64,000 nt of DNA from an uncultured virus (IMG/VR IMGVR_UViG_3300034022_000723) (taxonomy: Duplodnaviria > Heunggongvirae > Uroviricota > Caudoviricetes). The stretch spans positions 1 through 64,000 of IMG/VR virus record IMGVR_UViG_3300034022_000723; one strand, 5' to 3'. The stretch's first letter is position 1, and every line of letters starts with the position of its first letter. Made by a program: the position numbers and the translations under genes. Shown in pieces: positions 19,339-30,048 of the stretch. Below the pieces are notes generated by a model that did not search any database, had not been told where the DNA came from, and saw only the letters and a list, made by a program, of their open reading frames with translations.

Positions 19339-22136
19339 AAGTAGAAAATCAAAAACCTTGGTTATTTGAAATTAATAATCTTGATAGTAATAAGATAAAT
19401 CCGTTTTTATCTGATAGTTCCTATTTAACAATTGAATTTAAAGTTGAAAATTTTTACGATAATGAAAAATTAGGATTTTTAGGTATGCCAGGTAAAAACT
19501 TTGGAATTAGTTATGATTTTGAAGTTGAGACTTTTGTATTTGAATTTTGGACAAAAGGGTTGAACGGTAGAGATAATTTTCACTGCCATAAAGATTTCCA
19601 TATTAATAGAATTGATGTTGAAAATGGTCTTGTTTTAACTATACATTACGATAAAGAAAAAAATATATTAGAATTATATCATGACTTTAATATATTTTTC
19701 GATGTAGAATTAGACGACCCTTTAATTGAAGATTACTATACCCAACCACTTTATTTTGGTTGTCATAACCCCGATGCTGATAATCACAAACACAAATGTT
19801 TTACAGAATTAGATTTAAAACATTTTAGTATTTTTAATGGAGAGGCGAATATAGAAGATGTTGAAAAATTTTATAATAGTAAAAATCTTAATGATAATTT
19901 GTTATGTTACTTTGATTTAAAGGAAAAATATTTAGTTCATAAAGAAGACTATAATTATTTTCTAATACAAAATCAAAAAGATAAACTAATAAACATTTCA
20001 TTTAGTGAATTAAATGTCAGTGTTGCGGATAGAATAAAATTAAAAAGAAAAAGGGTACCTGGATTAAAAATTGAACATAAAAAACCATTTAAATTAAAAA
20101 CCAATTTAGAATCTAATTTATTAACAAATAGAGATTTTTCATTAAATATTATTTTTAAAATAGAACGTCATTTTACTCAAGATGAGAAAATTGGATTTTT
20201 TGGAATACCAGGTAAAAACTTTGGTATTAGCTTTGATTATGAAGTCGAGAAGTTTGTTTTTGAATATTGGACACAAAAAGATGAAGAAAATAAAGAATTT
20301 CATTGCCACAAAAACTATAAAATAAATCGTAACGATTTACATAATGGAATTACTATTAGTTTAATTTATAAAAAGAATGAATATTTCGAATTGTATCATA
20401 ATTTTAAATTAATTGACACAATTGAAGTTAAAGATAATTTAATATCTGAATACAATACGGAATCAATTTATTTCGGTTGCCATAATCCAAGTTCTTTATT
20501 AGAAAATCATAAATGTTTTACTGAAATGGAATTAAATCATTTTAGTATTTATGATGGAATTATGAATATTGTTGATTTAGAAAAACTAACAAAAACAGAT
20601 AATTCTTTAACTTATTTTAATTTTAAAAAAACTGATAATATTGATGAAATTTTTGACAATTTAAATAAAGAAACATCAATCGAACTTGTTGATTTATTAA
20701 CATTTAAGACAATGGTAGATTTTAATCTTGTTAAAGAAAAATTAAATAAAGTTGGTTGTGGTTTTTGTTTGGCTAAATGGACACAAGTGACTATGCATTT
20801 ACATAATGGAACAACACATAGTTGTCACCATCCTGAACCACATAAAATAGGGTTAGATGAAATTAAAAGAAACCCAACCGCATTACACAATAGTAATGTA
20901 AAGAAGAGAGCTAGGAAAGAAATGTTGGAAAACAAAAGACCAAGTGAATGTAATTATTGTTGGAATGTAGAAGATCATTCCGATTCATTTTCTGATAGAT
21001 TTTTTAAATCTGCGGAACCATGGTCTGAACCTCACTTTGACGAAATTGCCAACTTACATTGGAGAGATAACTACAACCCAAAATATGTTGAAGTTAATTT
21101 TTCTAACACATGTAATTTTAAATGTGCGTATTGTGGACCTGAATATTCGACCAAATGGATGGAAGAGATTAACGAACACGGAGGATATATGTTAGATACA
21201 CATGAATTTAATGGTCTCAGAAGGATGGAGGAAAGAAATACTAAACCATATAAACAAACAGATGAAAATCCATATGTGGAAGCGTTTTGGGAATGGTTCC
21301 CTGAATTATATTCAACTTTAGATACTTTTAGAATTACCGGTGGAGAACCTCTATTATCAAAAGACACATGGAAAGTATTAGATTTCATATTGGAAACTGA
21401 CACACCTAACGAAAATTTAAAATTATCAATCAATAGCAATTTAGGTGTATCAGATGAGTTGATTGATAAATTAATTTTAAAATTAGAAAAAATAATTGCT
21501 GAAGGTAGAGTTAAGGAGGTAATATTGTTTACATCATGTGAAGGATACGGTAAACAAGCCGAATACACAAGATTTGGATTGGAGTTTGATAGACTATTCT
21601 CAAACATAGATAAAATTTTAACGGTATTGGACAAAGTAACCATTGTAGTAATGTCAACTTTTAATATGTTTAGTATATTTTCATACGAAAAACTAATTAA
21701 AAAAATACATAGTTTTAAACTTAAACATTTCAATACATCAAGATATTGGAACTCGGCAGTTATTTTAGATACATCATATTTGAGACATCCTTCATTTATG
21801 AGTTTTAGAGTATTGAAAGATTATATTGATGTTGAGTACTTTAATAGGTGGTTAAAGTACATGAAATTTAATTCAACATATAGAAGTATTAATTTCTATG
21901 AACAACAAACTATTGAAGACGTCGGATTTTCAACCCAAGAGATTGAAAAAATTTCAAGAATAAAAGACATCTTCATTACAGATTACGATACTGACATTAA
22001 AGAATTTGATAGTAGTAAAAGAGATTTTATTAAATTCATTGATGAATATGAAAAAAGAAGAGGAGTAAATTGTGAGGAGTATTATCCCGAATTAATTAAT
22101 TTTATAAAGCAAATAAGAAATGATAATAAATTATAA
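19335..22136 (+). CDS. Radical SAM protein (twitch-type) with two N-terminal LamG-like repeats
   Basis: Two repeats with G.PGKNFGIS.DYEVE.FVFE.W / YFGCHNP; FCLAKW...SCHH; CNFKCAYC; FRITGGEP. Confidence 0.8.
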   Translation: MKVENQKPWLFEINNLDSNKINPFLSDSSYLTIEFKVENFYDNEKLGFLGMPGKNFGISYDFEVETFVFEFWTKGLNGRDNFHCHKDFHINRIDVENGLVLTIHYDKEKNILELYHDFNIFFDVELDDPLIEDYYTQPLYFGCHNPDADNHKHKCFTELDLKHFSIFNGEANIEDVEKFYNSKNLNDNLLCYFDLKEKYLVHKEDYNYFLIQNQKDKLINISFSELNVSVADRIKLKRKRVPGLKIEHKKPFKLKTNLESNLLTNRDFSLNIIFKIERHFTQDEKIGFFGIPGKNFGISFDYEVEKFVFEYWTQKDEENKEFHCHKNYKINRNDLHNGITISLIYKKNEYFELYHNFKLIDTIEVKDNLISEYNTESIYFGCHNPSSLLENHKCFTEMELNHFSIYDGIMNIVDLEKLTKTDNSLTYFNFKKTDNIDEIFDNLNKETSIELVDLLTFKTMVDFNLVKEKLNKVGCGFCLAKWTQVTMHLHNGTTHSCHHPEPHKIGLDEIKRNPTALHNSNVKKRARKEMLENKRPSECNYCWNVEDHSDSFSDRFFKSAEPWSEPHFDEIANLHWRDNYNPKYVEVNFSNTCNFKCAYCGPEYSTKWMEEINEHGGYMLDTHEFNGLRRMEERNTKPYKQTDENPYVEAFWEWFPELYSTLDTFRITGGEPLLSKDTWKVLDFILETDTPNENLKLSINSNLGVSDELIDKLILKLEKIIAEGRVKEVILFTSCEGYGKQAEYTRFGLEFDRLFSNIDKILTVLDKVTIVVMSTFNMFSIFSYEKLIKKIHSFKLKHFNTSRYWNSAVILDTSYLRHPSFMSFRVLKDYIDVEYFNRWLKYMKFNSTYRSINFYEQQTIEDVGFSTQEIEKISRIKDIFITDYDTDIKEFDSSKRDFIKFIDEYEKRRGVNCEEYYPELINFIKQIRNDNKL

Positions 22137-22857
22137 ACAACCTTATTGGGTTAAGTTTCAATGGGATATGTCAACCCATCATGATAATCAATATGTAACC
22201 GAATATAACAAAACAAATAATAAAATATTAGATGAATTCTTATTAAATGATAATTACATTATTACATGTGATTTTAAAATAACAGAAGAATTTATTACCG
22301 ATGAAATTTGTATGATATATGGTAAACCTGGTAAAAATATTGGGTTATCATATAATAAAACTACAAATACTATGGCATTTGAGTTTTGGAATAAAACCGA
22401 AATAGAGGAATCTTTTAATTTTATTCCATTTAAAGACATAAAAAAAGAGGACATCCATAAAGGGGTAATTATAACTGTCATAAAAAAAGAAAATGAAATT
22501 ATAGTTTATAAAAATTTTGAAGAAAATAATAGAATTAGTTTTGAGGGTAACTTAATTGATGATTATAAAAATCCAGGTTTATTTTTAGGATGTTCCAGCC
22601 CTGAATGCGATTTTGAAAATGCTAGATATTATTGTCAAGTGGATGTTAATCATTTTTCAACTATAGTTAACCATAGTGATATTAATTTTTCTAAATTAAT
22701 TTATCAAAGTGAAACTGATGTTATATTAGAGGAAGAATTTTATAACGACATTCTTTTTCTTCATAATTTTAACAATATCAATAATTTAGGTATAATTTAT
22801 GATGAGTCTAAAAATACAAATTTTTTAGAAAGAGTACCTAAGGAATATATTAAATAA
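22120..22857 (+). CDS. Stand-alone LamG-like protein paralogous to the N-terminal repeats of the preceding gene
   Basis: YGKPGKNIGLSY...MAFEFW; LFLGC. Confidence 0.6.
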   Translation: MIINYKQPYWVKFQWDMSTHHDNQYVTEYNKTNNKILDEFLLNDNYIITCDFKITEEFITDEICMIYGKPGKNIGLSYNKTTNTMAFEFWNKTEIEESFNFIPFKDIKKEDIHKGVIITVIKKENEIIVYKNFEENNRISFEGNLIDDYKNPGLFLGCSSPECDFENARYYCQVDVNHFSTIVNHSDINFSKLIYQSETDVILEEEFYNDILFLHNFNNINNLGIIYDESKNTNFLERVPKEYIK

Positions 22858-22905
22858 CGTTTCAGATTATCAATAAAAAATATTATATTATAAAAAATAG
22901 AAAAC

Positions 22906-24354
22906 ATGTCAGAAGAATTGTCAAATTGGAGAGATGAACATTTAAATAAGATAAGTTGTAGTTTTTGTGCGGCAAAATGGTTAAATGTTAGTTTACATTT
23001 AGGTCATGGGTTTACAAATTCATGTCACCTACCATTACCACATCCAATAGATGTTGAAGCAATTAAAACCAACCCTGCGGCATTACATAATACTGATTTC
23101 AAAAAAGAAATTCGTAAAATGATGTTAGAGGGTGTTAAACCGGCTGAATGTTCTTATTGTTGGAAAATTGAGGATATCGGTAGAAATAATATTTCAGATA
23201 GAGTATATAAGAGTCAAATATATAGTTCAGAAGATATTGCGGCATTAAAAGAACTACCTTGGGATGCGGACATTGTACCACAAACTATTGAGGTATCATT
23301 TGATAGAACTTGTAATTTTGCTTGTTCATATTGTAATTCGGGATACTCAACAACATGGGGTAAAGACATAAAAGATAACGGTCCATATCAGAAATTCAAA
23401 ACAACAAGTGCGGGGGCATATTATGCTGACGGATCTTGGTCAGAGATTTATGGTAAGTACAATGAGAATAATCCATATGTGGATGCCTTTTTAAAATGGT
23501 GGCCTGAGTTATCACAAAAATTAATGGAAATACGTGTAACTGGTGGGGAACCATCACAATCTCGTAATTTCTGGCAGTTTATGGATACAATGAAACAATA
23601 CCCATCCCCTAATTTACGACTTGCAGTCAATTCTAACCTAGGTCTTAATGAAATGACTGTGAATAGGTTAATTAGTATATCTCACGAATTAGACATCAAA
23701 GAGTTTGATTTATACACAAGTTGTGAGGCTTATGGTGCACAAGCAGAATATATTAGAGATGGTTTAAATTATGAACTATGGAGAAGTAATTTAGTTAAAG
23801 TAATTGAGAGTGCTAAAATTAGACAAGTTGTTATTATGATGACAATTAATAGTTTGTGTTTATTTAGTATTACCGAATTTTTAGATGATATGTTGAAATT
23901 AAAAGAAAAATACGGAACACATAAACCAATTGTAGATTTTAACATATTAAGATGGCCAGCATTTATGTCACCACTTACATTACCAGATGACGTCAAACAT
24001 GATTTACATGGTAAGTTATCAATGTGGTGGAGAAAACATAAAAAAAATCCATTAATTAATATGAATGAAGGGGCTCAAATTCAAAGATTAATTGATTACA
24101 TTGAAGTTGTTAATAGAGGTCATAACACAAGTGAAATGGACATGTCAATGCAATATCACGATTTTAAGAGTTTTTATGTTCAATATGATATTCGTAGAAA
24201 TAAGAATTTTGTCGCAACATTTCCTGAGTTGGAAGATTGGTATAATTCATTGGTGGTTGACAATACAATTGGTGATGTTAAAGTTACTGACGGTAGAATA
24301 ACACATTTTGAACCTGGTGTTTATATTTCGGATAAAGAAAATTATAATAAGTAG
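22906..24354 (+). CDS. Radical SAM protein (twitch-type)
   Basis: FCAAKW...SCH; ECSYCW; CNFACSYC; IRVTGGEP. Confidence 0.85.
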   Translation: MSEELSNWRDEHLNKISCSFCAAKWLNVSLHLGHGFTNSCHLPLPHPIDVEAIKTNPAALHNTDFKKEIRKMMLEGVKPAECSYCWKIEDIGRNNISDRVYKSQIYSSEDIAALKELPWDADIVPQTIEVSFDRTCNFACSYCNSGYSTTWGKDIKDNGPYQKFKTTSAGAYYADGSWSEIYGKYNENNPYVDAFLKWWPELSQKLMEIRVTGGEPSQSRNFWQFMDTMKQYPSPNLRLAVNSNLGLNEMTVNRLISISHELDIKEFDLYTSCEAYGAQAEYIRDGLNYELWRSNLVKVIESAKIRQVVIMMTINSLCLFSITEFLDDMLKLKEKYGTHKPIVDFNILRWPAFMSPLTLPDDVKHDLHGKLSMWWRKHKKNPLINMNEGAQIQRLIDYIEVVNRGHNTSEMDMSMQYHDFKSFYVQYDIRRNKNFVATFPELEDWYNSLVVDNTIGDVKVTDGRITHFEPGVYISDKENYNK

Positions 24355-24360
24355 CCTATA

Positions 24361-25125
24361 ATGAAAAAAATATTGGGTATTTGTGGTGATAGTTTTATGG
24401 CGTCAATTTCTAAAGACGATAATAATTTAGAAAATGGACATGGAAAACATTTTACAGATATTCTTAAAGAAATGTTAGGTTGTGAAATTATGACATACGC
24501 GAAGGGAGGTGTCAGTAATCAATGTATAAGATTACAGATTGATGAAGTTATAAAACATAACCCCCATCATATTATTATTGGTACAACTAGTCCTGATAGA
24601 ATTGAAATACCCTTAAATGATTTAAAAGTAAATAATTACTTTGAAAAATGGAAAAATCATTATTTTAAATCTAATAACGGATTATCGAATATTTCATATA
24701 AAAATAGTTTAGAAGAGAGCGGTAAAAATATAATATTTAACAACAGTACCCCAACCATGTTAAGTAACTCAATTAATAATATATTATATGAGAATATTGT
24801 AAACGAAGAGATGAAAAAAATTGTAAATAATTATTTTCAATTTCTTTACGACATGGAATGGAAAAAACAACAAGATACGTGGATAATTTCAGAAGGTGCG
24901 TATAAATTATTATCAAATAATATTGATTTTCATTTAATAACACCTATATTAGATGATAAATATTTTTATTTTTGTAAAGATAATGTTATTAAAAATTTAG
25001 ATGAACTAAATCCATGGACATATTATAATGAGAATAAAGAAACCAAAAATCCATTTCACGTATCAAATGAGGATAGTGAAATTTTAGCTAATAAATGGTT
25101 TGATTTATTAAAAGATAAATTTTAA
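24361..25125 (+). CDS. SGNH/GDSL-like hydrolase or acyltransferase
   Basis: GICGDSF; GGVSN; C-terminal His. Confidence 0.55.
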   Translation: MKKILGICGDSFMASISKDDNNLENGHGKHFTDILKEMLGCEIMTYAKGGVSNQCIRLQIDEVIKHNPHHIIIGTTSPDRIEIPLNDLKVNNYFEKWKNHYFKSNNGLSNISYKNSLEESGKNIIFNNSTPTMLSNSINNILYENIVNEEMKKIVNNYFQFLYDMEWKKQQDTWIISEGAYKLLSNNIDFHLITPILDDKYFYFCKDNVIKNLDELNPWTYYNENKETKNPFHVSNEDSEILANKWFDLLKDKF

Positions 25126-25128
25126 AAT

Positions 25129-26229
25129 ATGATATACAAAAGAACATTAAGATGGTCAGAACCATACGGTGGTTGGGAAAATAATGATACTGGTTTATGT
25201 AATAGAATATTTCATTGGGAAGTGGCCTATGATATAAATAGACGTAATGATTGTGAATTCAGAATTATGTTAGATAAAACTGATTGGCCTGAACTCACCT
25301 TAATAAGTTTACCAGAAACCTCAACATTTATTTCATATGAGTATGATAAAAGGGTTAAAGATTTAAATTTTTTAACGGTTTTAGATGTTGAAAATTTTAA
25401 TGTAAGATTATCGTCAAAAATAGATAAAGATAAGTTAAGGTTAATATATGATGATGGGAAATCATTGTCAGATGATGACCATTGGTACTGTGATTTTGGT
25501 TATCAACATATTCATTCATTATATAAAAGAACATTAAAGGAAAGGCCGTTGAAATATGTTAGGTTGAAAGATCAATTTATTGAAGATTTACTTAGAAGAA
25601 ATACTTATGATGTTGTAGGTATTCATATTAGAAGAAATAGTGGAGTGAATTGTTCCGAGGAAGATATTTTTAATTTACCTGTTGAAATAAGAAAAGATTT
25701 TTCAAAAATGAAAAATATAAAACCAAAGGTAAATAAATATTATGACTTTGTCGAAGATGAAAAATACTTCAATATTATTGATAATATTCTTAAAATTAAT
25801 CCAGACCAAAAATTTTATTTAAGTACAGATTTACCATATGAATTTTTCTCATATTATAAAGATAAATATGGTGACTCTATTATAACCAGATTCGATATTG
25901 TCCCAATAATAAAAGAGTATTTATTAAATTCGGAAATGAATATTAATGATTTAATTAGAGGAAATGTTATTGAAAATATCGTTGATTTATTTTCATTAAG
26001 TTATTGTAAATTTTTAATTAAATCAGACCAATCAACATGGAGCGAATTTGCAGAGTATTATAGAAATCAACCGGCAGTCTCTGTAAATGATGACTGGGAA
26101 ACAAAAATAAAAGATAAATTTCTCAATCCAAATTGGCTACAACCAGACGGTTATTATTTTGGGCATGAAAATTTAGATTACAGAACTTTATCAAAATTAA
26201 TTCCTGATAATCTTAAAGATGGATTTTAA
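25129..26229 (+). CDS. Fucosyltransferase-like (GT11/GT23-like) glycosyltransferase
   Basis: GLCNRIF; VGIHIRR; FYLSTD; DLFSLSYC...STWSEFA. Confidence 0.65.
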   Translation: MIYKRTLRWSEPYGGWENNDTGLCNRIFHWEVAYDINRRNDCEFRIMLDKTDWPELTLISLPETSTFISYEYDKRVKDLNFLTVLDVENFNVRLSSKIDKDKLRLIYDDGKSLSDDDHWYCDFGYQHIHSLYKRTLKERPLKYVRLKDQFIEDLLRRNTYDVVGIHIRRNSGVNCSEEDIFNLPVEIRKDFSKMKNIKPKVNKYYDFVEDEKYFNIIDNILKINPDQKFYLSTDLPYEFFSYYKDKYGDSIITRFDIVPIIKEYLLNSEMNINDLIRGNVIENIVDLFSLSYCKFLIKSDQSTWSEFAEYYRNQPAVSVNDDWETKIKDKFLNPNWLQPDGYYFGHENLDYRTLSKLIPDNLKDGF

Positions 26230-26821
26230 CACTGTAATAGAATTTGAAAAAAAAATTGCGGAGTTCTTCGGATCTCCGTTTGCCGTTGCGGTCGATAGTT
26301 GTACACATGGAATTGAATTATGTTTACGTTATAATAATGTAAAATCAATTAATGTTCCTAAACAAACTTACATCTCAATTCCGTTTTTAGCTAAAAAATT
26401 AAATTTAGGATTAGAATGGAGAACTCAAAATTGGAAAGATTTTTATTATCTTTCATATAGTGTTATCGATGCCGCAGTTTTATGGAAACCAAATAGTTAT
26501 ATTCCTAAAACTTTCATGTCAATTAGTTTTCAATATCAAAAACATTTATCATTGGGAAGAGGTGGCATGATATTAACCGACAATCAAGAAGCTGCTATTA
26601 AATTAAAAAAAATGTCATATGACGGTAGATTACCAAATATACCGTGGAAAGAACAAAATATAGATATGGTTGGATATCATTATTATATGACACCTGAAAT
26701 TGCGGAAGAAGGTTTAACTAAATTACCAACAGCAATATTAAATAAACCAAAAGAATGGACAATTAATGATTGGCCAGATTTGACAAAATTAGAAATTTTT
26801 AGAAAAAATGATATCAGTTAA
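26219..26821 (+). CDS. Short DegT/DnrJ/EryC1/StrS-family PLP aminotransferase
   Basis: FEKKIAEFFG..FAVAVDSCTHG; IDAA; SFQYQKHL..GRGGMI. Confidence 0.75.
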   Translation: MDFNTVIEFEKKIAEFFGSPFAVAVDSCTHGIELCLRYNNVKSINVPKQTYISIPFLAKKLNLGLEWRTQNWKDFYYLSYSVIDAAVLWKPNSYIPKTFMSISFQYQKHLSLGRGGMILTDNQEAAIKLKKMSYDGRLPNIPWKEQNIDMVGYHYYMTPEIAEEGLTKLPTAILNKPKEWTINDWPDLTKLEIFRKNDIS

Positions 26822-27818
26822 TAATGAATGGGGTAAATTAAAGGAGGTGTTTGTAGGTACAATCGACAACGCTAATATGCCAAAACATGGTATAGATTTA
26901 CATGCAATTAATTATGCCGATAAAGACAGAATCCCATATATAGAACAAGGTAATTTTGACGATAAGGTGTATGAAGAAACATATGAGGATTTAGAAAATT
27001 TAGTAAAAGTATTAAAAGACCTTGATATTAAAGTTAGAAGACCCGAAGTTATTAATACTGAAAATGTAATAAGTAATGGTTTTTGGAAAACAGACCAATA
27101 TTACACTTTCTGTCCAAGAGATACTGTTACAGTTATTGGAAATACAATATTGGAAGCCCCTATGACATTAAGGTCAAGACAATATGAAACATATTGTTTT
27201 AGAAATCAATTTATTGAATACATGAACGAAGGGGCAAAGTGGATATCCGCACCAAAACCAATCTTGAATGATGACAGTTACCAAAGAGATGATTTATCTA
27301 AATTAACATTAACCGAGAGAGAACCTGTGTTTGATGCTGCTAATATTTTGAGGTCAAATAAAGATATTTTATATCTTGTTAGTAATACTGGTAACAAGTT
27401 AGGTGGAAAATGGTTACAAAACCTATTAGGAGACCAATACAAGGTACATATCCTTGAAAACATGTATTCATATAGCCACTTGGATTCAACCATCGCATTA
27501 CTCCGTGAGGGTCTTTGTTTGTTAAATCCAGAAAGAGTAAATGAAAATAATATGCCTGAGATGTTAAAATCTTGGGATAAAATATGGTCACCACCAATGG
27601 TGGACATCGGTTACCATAAAGTTGAACGAGCTTCAGTATGGGTTGGTATTAATTTGTTATCAATAGATGAAAATACAGTTATTGTGGACAATAGACAAAC
27701 TGAACTGATTAAAGAATTAAAAAAATACAATATTGAGGCATTGGATTGTAAATTAAGACATTCAAGAACGCTTGGAGGGTCTTTTCATTGTGTCACGGCC
27801 GATATGATAAGAGAATAA
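26808..27818 (+). CDS. Amidinotransferase (glycine/inosamine-phosphate amidinotransferase family)
   Basis: NEWGKLKEV; CPRD; FDAAN; HLDST; GGSFHC. Confidence 0.85.
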   Translation: MISVNNEWGKLKEVFVGTIDNANMPKHGIDLHAINYADKDRIPYIEQGNFDDKVYEETYEDLENLVKVLKDLDIKVRRPEVINTENVISNGFWKTDQYYTFCPRDTVTVIGNTILEAPMTLRSRQYETYCFRNQFIEYMNEGAKWISAPKPILNDDSYQRDDLSKLTLTEREPVFDAANILRSNKDILYLVSNTGNKLGGKWLQNLLGDQYKVHILENMYSYSHLDSTIALLREGLCLLNPERVNENNMPEMLKSWDKIWSPPMVDIGYHKVERASVWVGINLLSIDENTVIVDNRQTELIKELKKYNIEALDCKLRHSRTLGGSFHCVTADMIRE

Positions 27819-27819
27819 T

Positions 27820-28731
27820 ATGAATATTTTACTAATAGGAGGAGGAGGTTATTTAGGTATACCATTATCTAAGAAACTAACAAAAAAAGGGCACAATGTA
27901 GTCGTATTTGATAAGTTCAAATATAATACACAAGATTTAATAGAATGTAAAAAAATACACGGAGACGTAGGTGGAATAACACTTAGATCTGATTTTCATT
28001 ACCCATCTTTTGATATGATATTTTATTTATCACAACCTAGATTAAATGAATTAGATACAGAAAAACAAGTTGAAACTGAAGTTAGTTATTTTAATACATT
28101 CATAAACTCATTTAATTGGTCTGGGATATATAGAACACCCAAGGTATATTTTATTAGTAGTTGTAGTGTCTACGGTAAGACGGAAGACATTGTAAATGAA
28201 AATTCAGAGGTTATACCAACGTCACTCTATTCAAAAATGAAAATAGAGTGTGAGAAAATTATTACCGAAAATAAAAATTCAAATTTTAAAATATTAAGAT
28301 TATCAACACTTTACGGTAATTTTGATTATAATACATCTGCCACTAAAATATGGAGAAATGACGTTTTTATTAATAATATAATAAATGATGTAATTGACAA
28401 AAAACCAATTGAAATATACGACCCTTTAGCTAAAAGACCACATTTACATGTTATTGATTGTGTTAAAATTATAACCACTTTAGTAAACATACAATTTAAC
28501 GAACCAATTTTAAATATTGGAGTCAATGAATTGAATATAAATAAATTAGAACTGATTAATATTATAAAAAAAATAAAATCATTTGAATACTTTGAAAATT
28601 TTACAAATGACAGTAGAGATTATGGAGTTGATTTTAGTTTATTAAAAAAATATGTAGATTTTGAACACATTAACTATGAAGAAGGTATTCGTAATTATTT
28701 CAATATTATGTCTTTTAAATCCCAAAAATAA
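27820..28731 (+). CDS. NAD-dependent epimerase/dehydratase (extended SDR)
   Basis: GGGGYLG; SSCSVYG; YSKMK. Confidence 0.8.
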   Translation: MNILLIGGGGYLGIPLSKKLTKKGHNVVVFDKFKYNTQDLIECKKIHGDVGGITLRSDFHYPSFDMIFYLSQPRLNELDTEKQVETEVSYFNTFINSFNWSGIYRTPKVYFISSCSVYGKTEDIVNENSEVIPTSLYSKMKIECEKIITENKNSNFKILRLSTLYGNFDYNTSATKIWRNDVFINNIINDVIDKKPIEIYDPLAKRPHLHVIDCVKIITTLVNIQFNEPILNIGVNELNINKLELINIIKKIKSFEYFENFTNDSRDYGVDFSLLKKYVDFEHINYEEGIRNYFNIMSFKSQK

Positions 28732-28758
28732 TACTTATATTGAAGAATAACTTGTAAT

Positions 28759-30048
28759 ATGAAATTTATATTTGAAGACGGAAAAAATTTTTTAAATTTT
28801 ACCAATTGTGAAGATGTAAACCCATCTGGGATTCGTAGATTTGGTGTGTCCCCATTATTAAATGCAAGTCATTTATTTTACGTATCGAATGAAATAAACA
28901 CAACACATACTTTTCACGATAGTAATGAAGATATAAAAAAATATATAATTTCATGTGGGGTAAACCATAGTCCAGAGGATTGGACTGGTTATTACGAAAA
29001 TGTTAAAAGTCTATTCTCACATCTTAATGAAAAATATTTAAGGGATTTACAAAATGAAGACGCTATCCTATTAATTGACCAAAGTTTTGAAGGATATCAA
29101 ACAGAATGGTTATGGGATTGGTTTCATAAAGAATGTAGAGAATGGAAAATATCACCAAAACAGGTTGTTTATGTGACTGGTAATATGGTGGTTGAAGAAT
29201 TTTACACAAAATGGGCGAATGATAATGAAATCATTGAAAGGATTAAAGTAATTGGATATCCACATTTTGAGTTGGATTTAGGTATAACAGTTTTACATAT
29301 GCCACATAGAAATGAAAGTTTACCAACGTGGGAGAATCATATAAAATATAAAACAGATAATATTGATAACATAAAATCATTTGCTTGTCTTAATAAAAGA
29401 CTAAGACCACATAGAATATGGTTTTATAAGTATATGTTTGAAGCCGGTATTTTAGATAAAGGTCTCGTTAGTATGAATAAATTTGAAAAAAGTAATTGGT
29501 ACTTTGAAGGTAAAACTATAGAACCCGACTATGTTGAAAATTTAACTGAAAACTTACCATTATTAGTTTATGGAAAAAGAAATGATGAAATGGACGATAA
29601 TCATTACATAAGAAGGTTTAATGATCAAATTTGTTTGGATACGTTTGTAACAGTTATTAGTGAAGCACATTGTGGTGATAGTAATAATACAATGTTTATT
29701 AGTGAAAAAACATATAAAGTAATAGCGTGTAGACAACCGTTTATTATAATGGGTAATAAAGATACCCTAAAAAAATTAAGAGAAACTGGTTATCGAACGT
29801 TTGATGGATTTATTGACGAAAGTTATGACTCATTACCGACTTTTGAAAGAATGGAAGCAATTGTAGAATCCATAAAAAAAATAATAAACATAGAAGATAA
29901 ATTAAGTTGGTTTAAGTCTATGGAAGAAATTGTAGAACACAATTATAGAACTTTTATGGATAAACTAATAAATAGACCAATTGAATTTCTTGAGTTAGAA
30001 AGATACTCAAATGAAGTTTTTAAAATACCTAAAATAAAATTAATATAA
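28759..30048 (+). CDS. 'TEK-family' putative glycosyltransferase-like protein
   Basis: CLNKRLRPHR; VISE; FISEKTYK; PFIIMG; GYRTF...IDESYD, shared with five other genes here. Confidence 0.5.
   Translation: MKFIFEDGKNFLNFTNCEDVNPSGIRRFGVSPLLNASHLFYVSNEINTTHTFHDSNEDIKKYIISCGVNHSPEDWTGYYENVKSLFSHLNEKYLRDLQNEDAILLIDQSFEGYQTEWLWDWFHKECREWKISPKQVVYVTGNMVVEEFYTKWANDNEIIERIKVIGYPHFELDLGITVLHMPHRNESLPTWENHIKYKTDNIDNIKSFACLNKRLRPHRIWFYKYMFEAGILDKGLVSMNKFEKSNWYFEGKTIEPDYVENLTENLPLLVYGKRNDEMDDNHYIRRFNDQICLDTFVTVISEAHCGDSNNTMFISEKTYKVIACRQPFIIMGNKDTLKKLRETGYRTFDGFIDESYDSLPTFERMEAIVESIKKIINIEDKLSWFKSMEEIVEHNYRTFMDKLINRPIEFLELERYSNEVFKIPKIKLI

Noticed and set aside
21071..21733. 220-aa reverse-strand ORF and other short antisense ORFs inside enzyme genes
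   Set aside because: They fully overlap motif-supported genes and have no recognisable motifs
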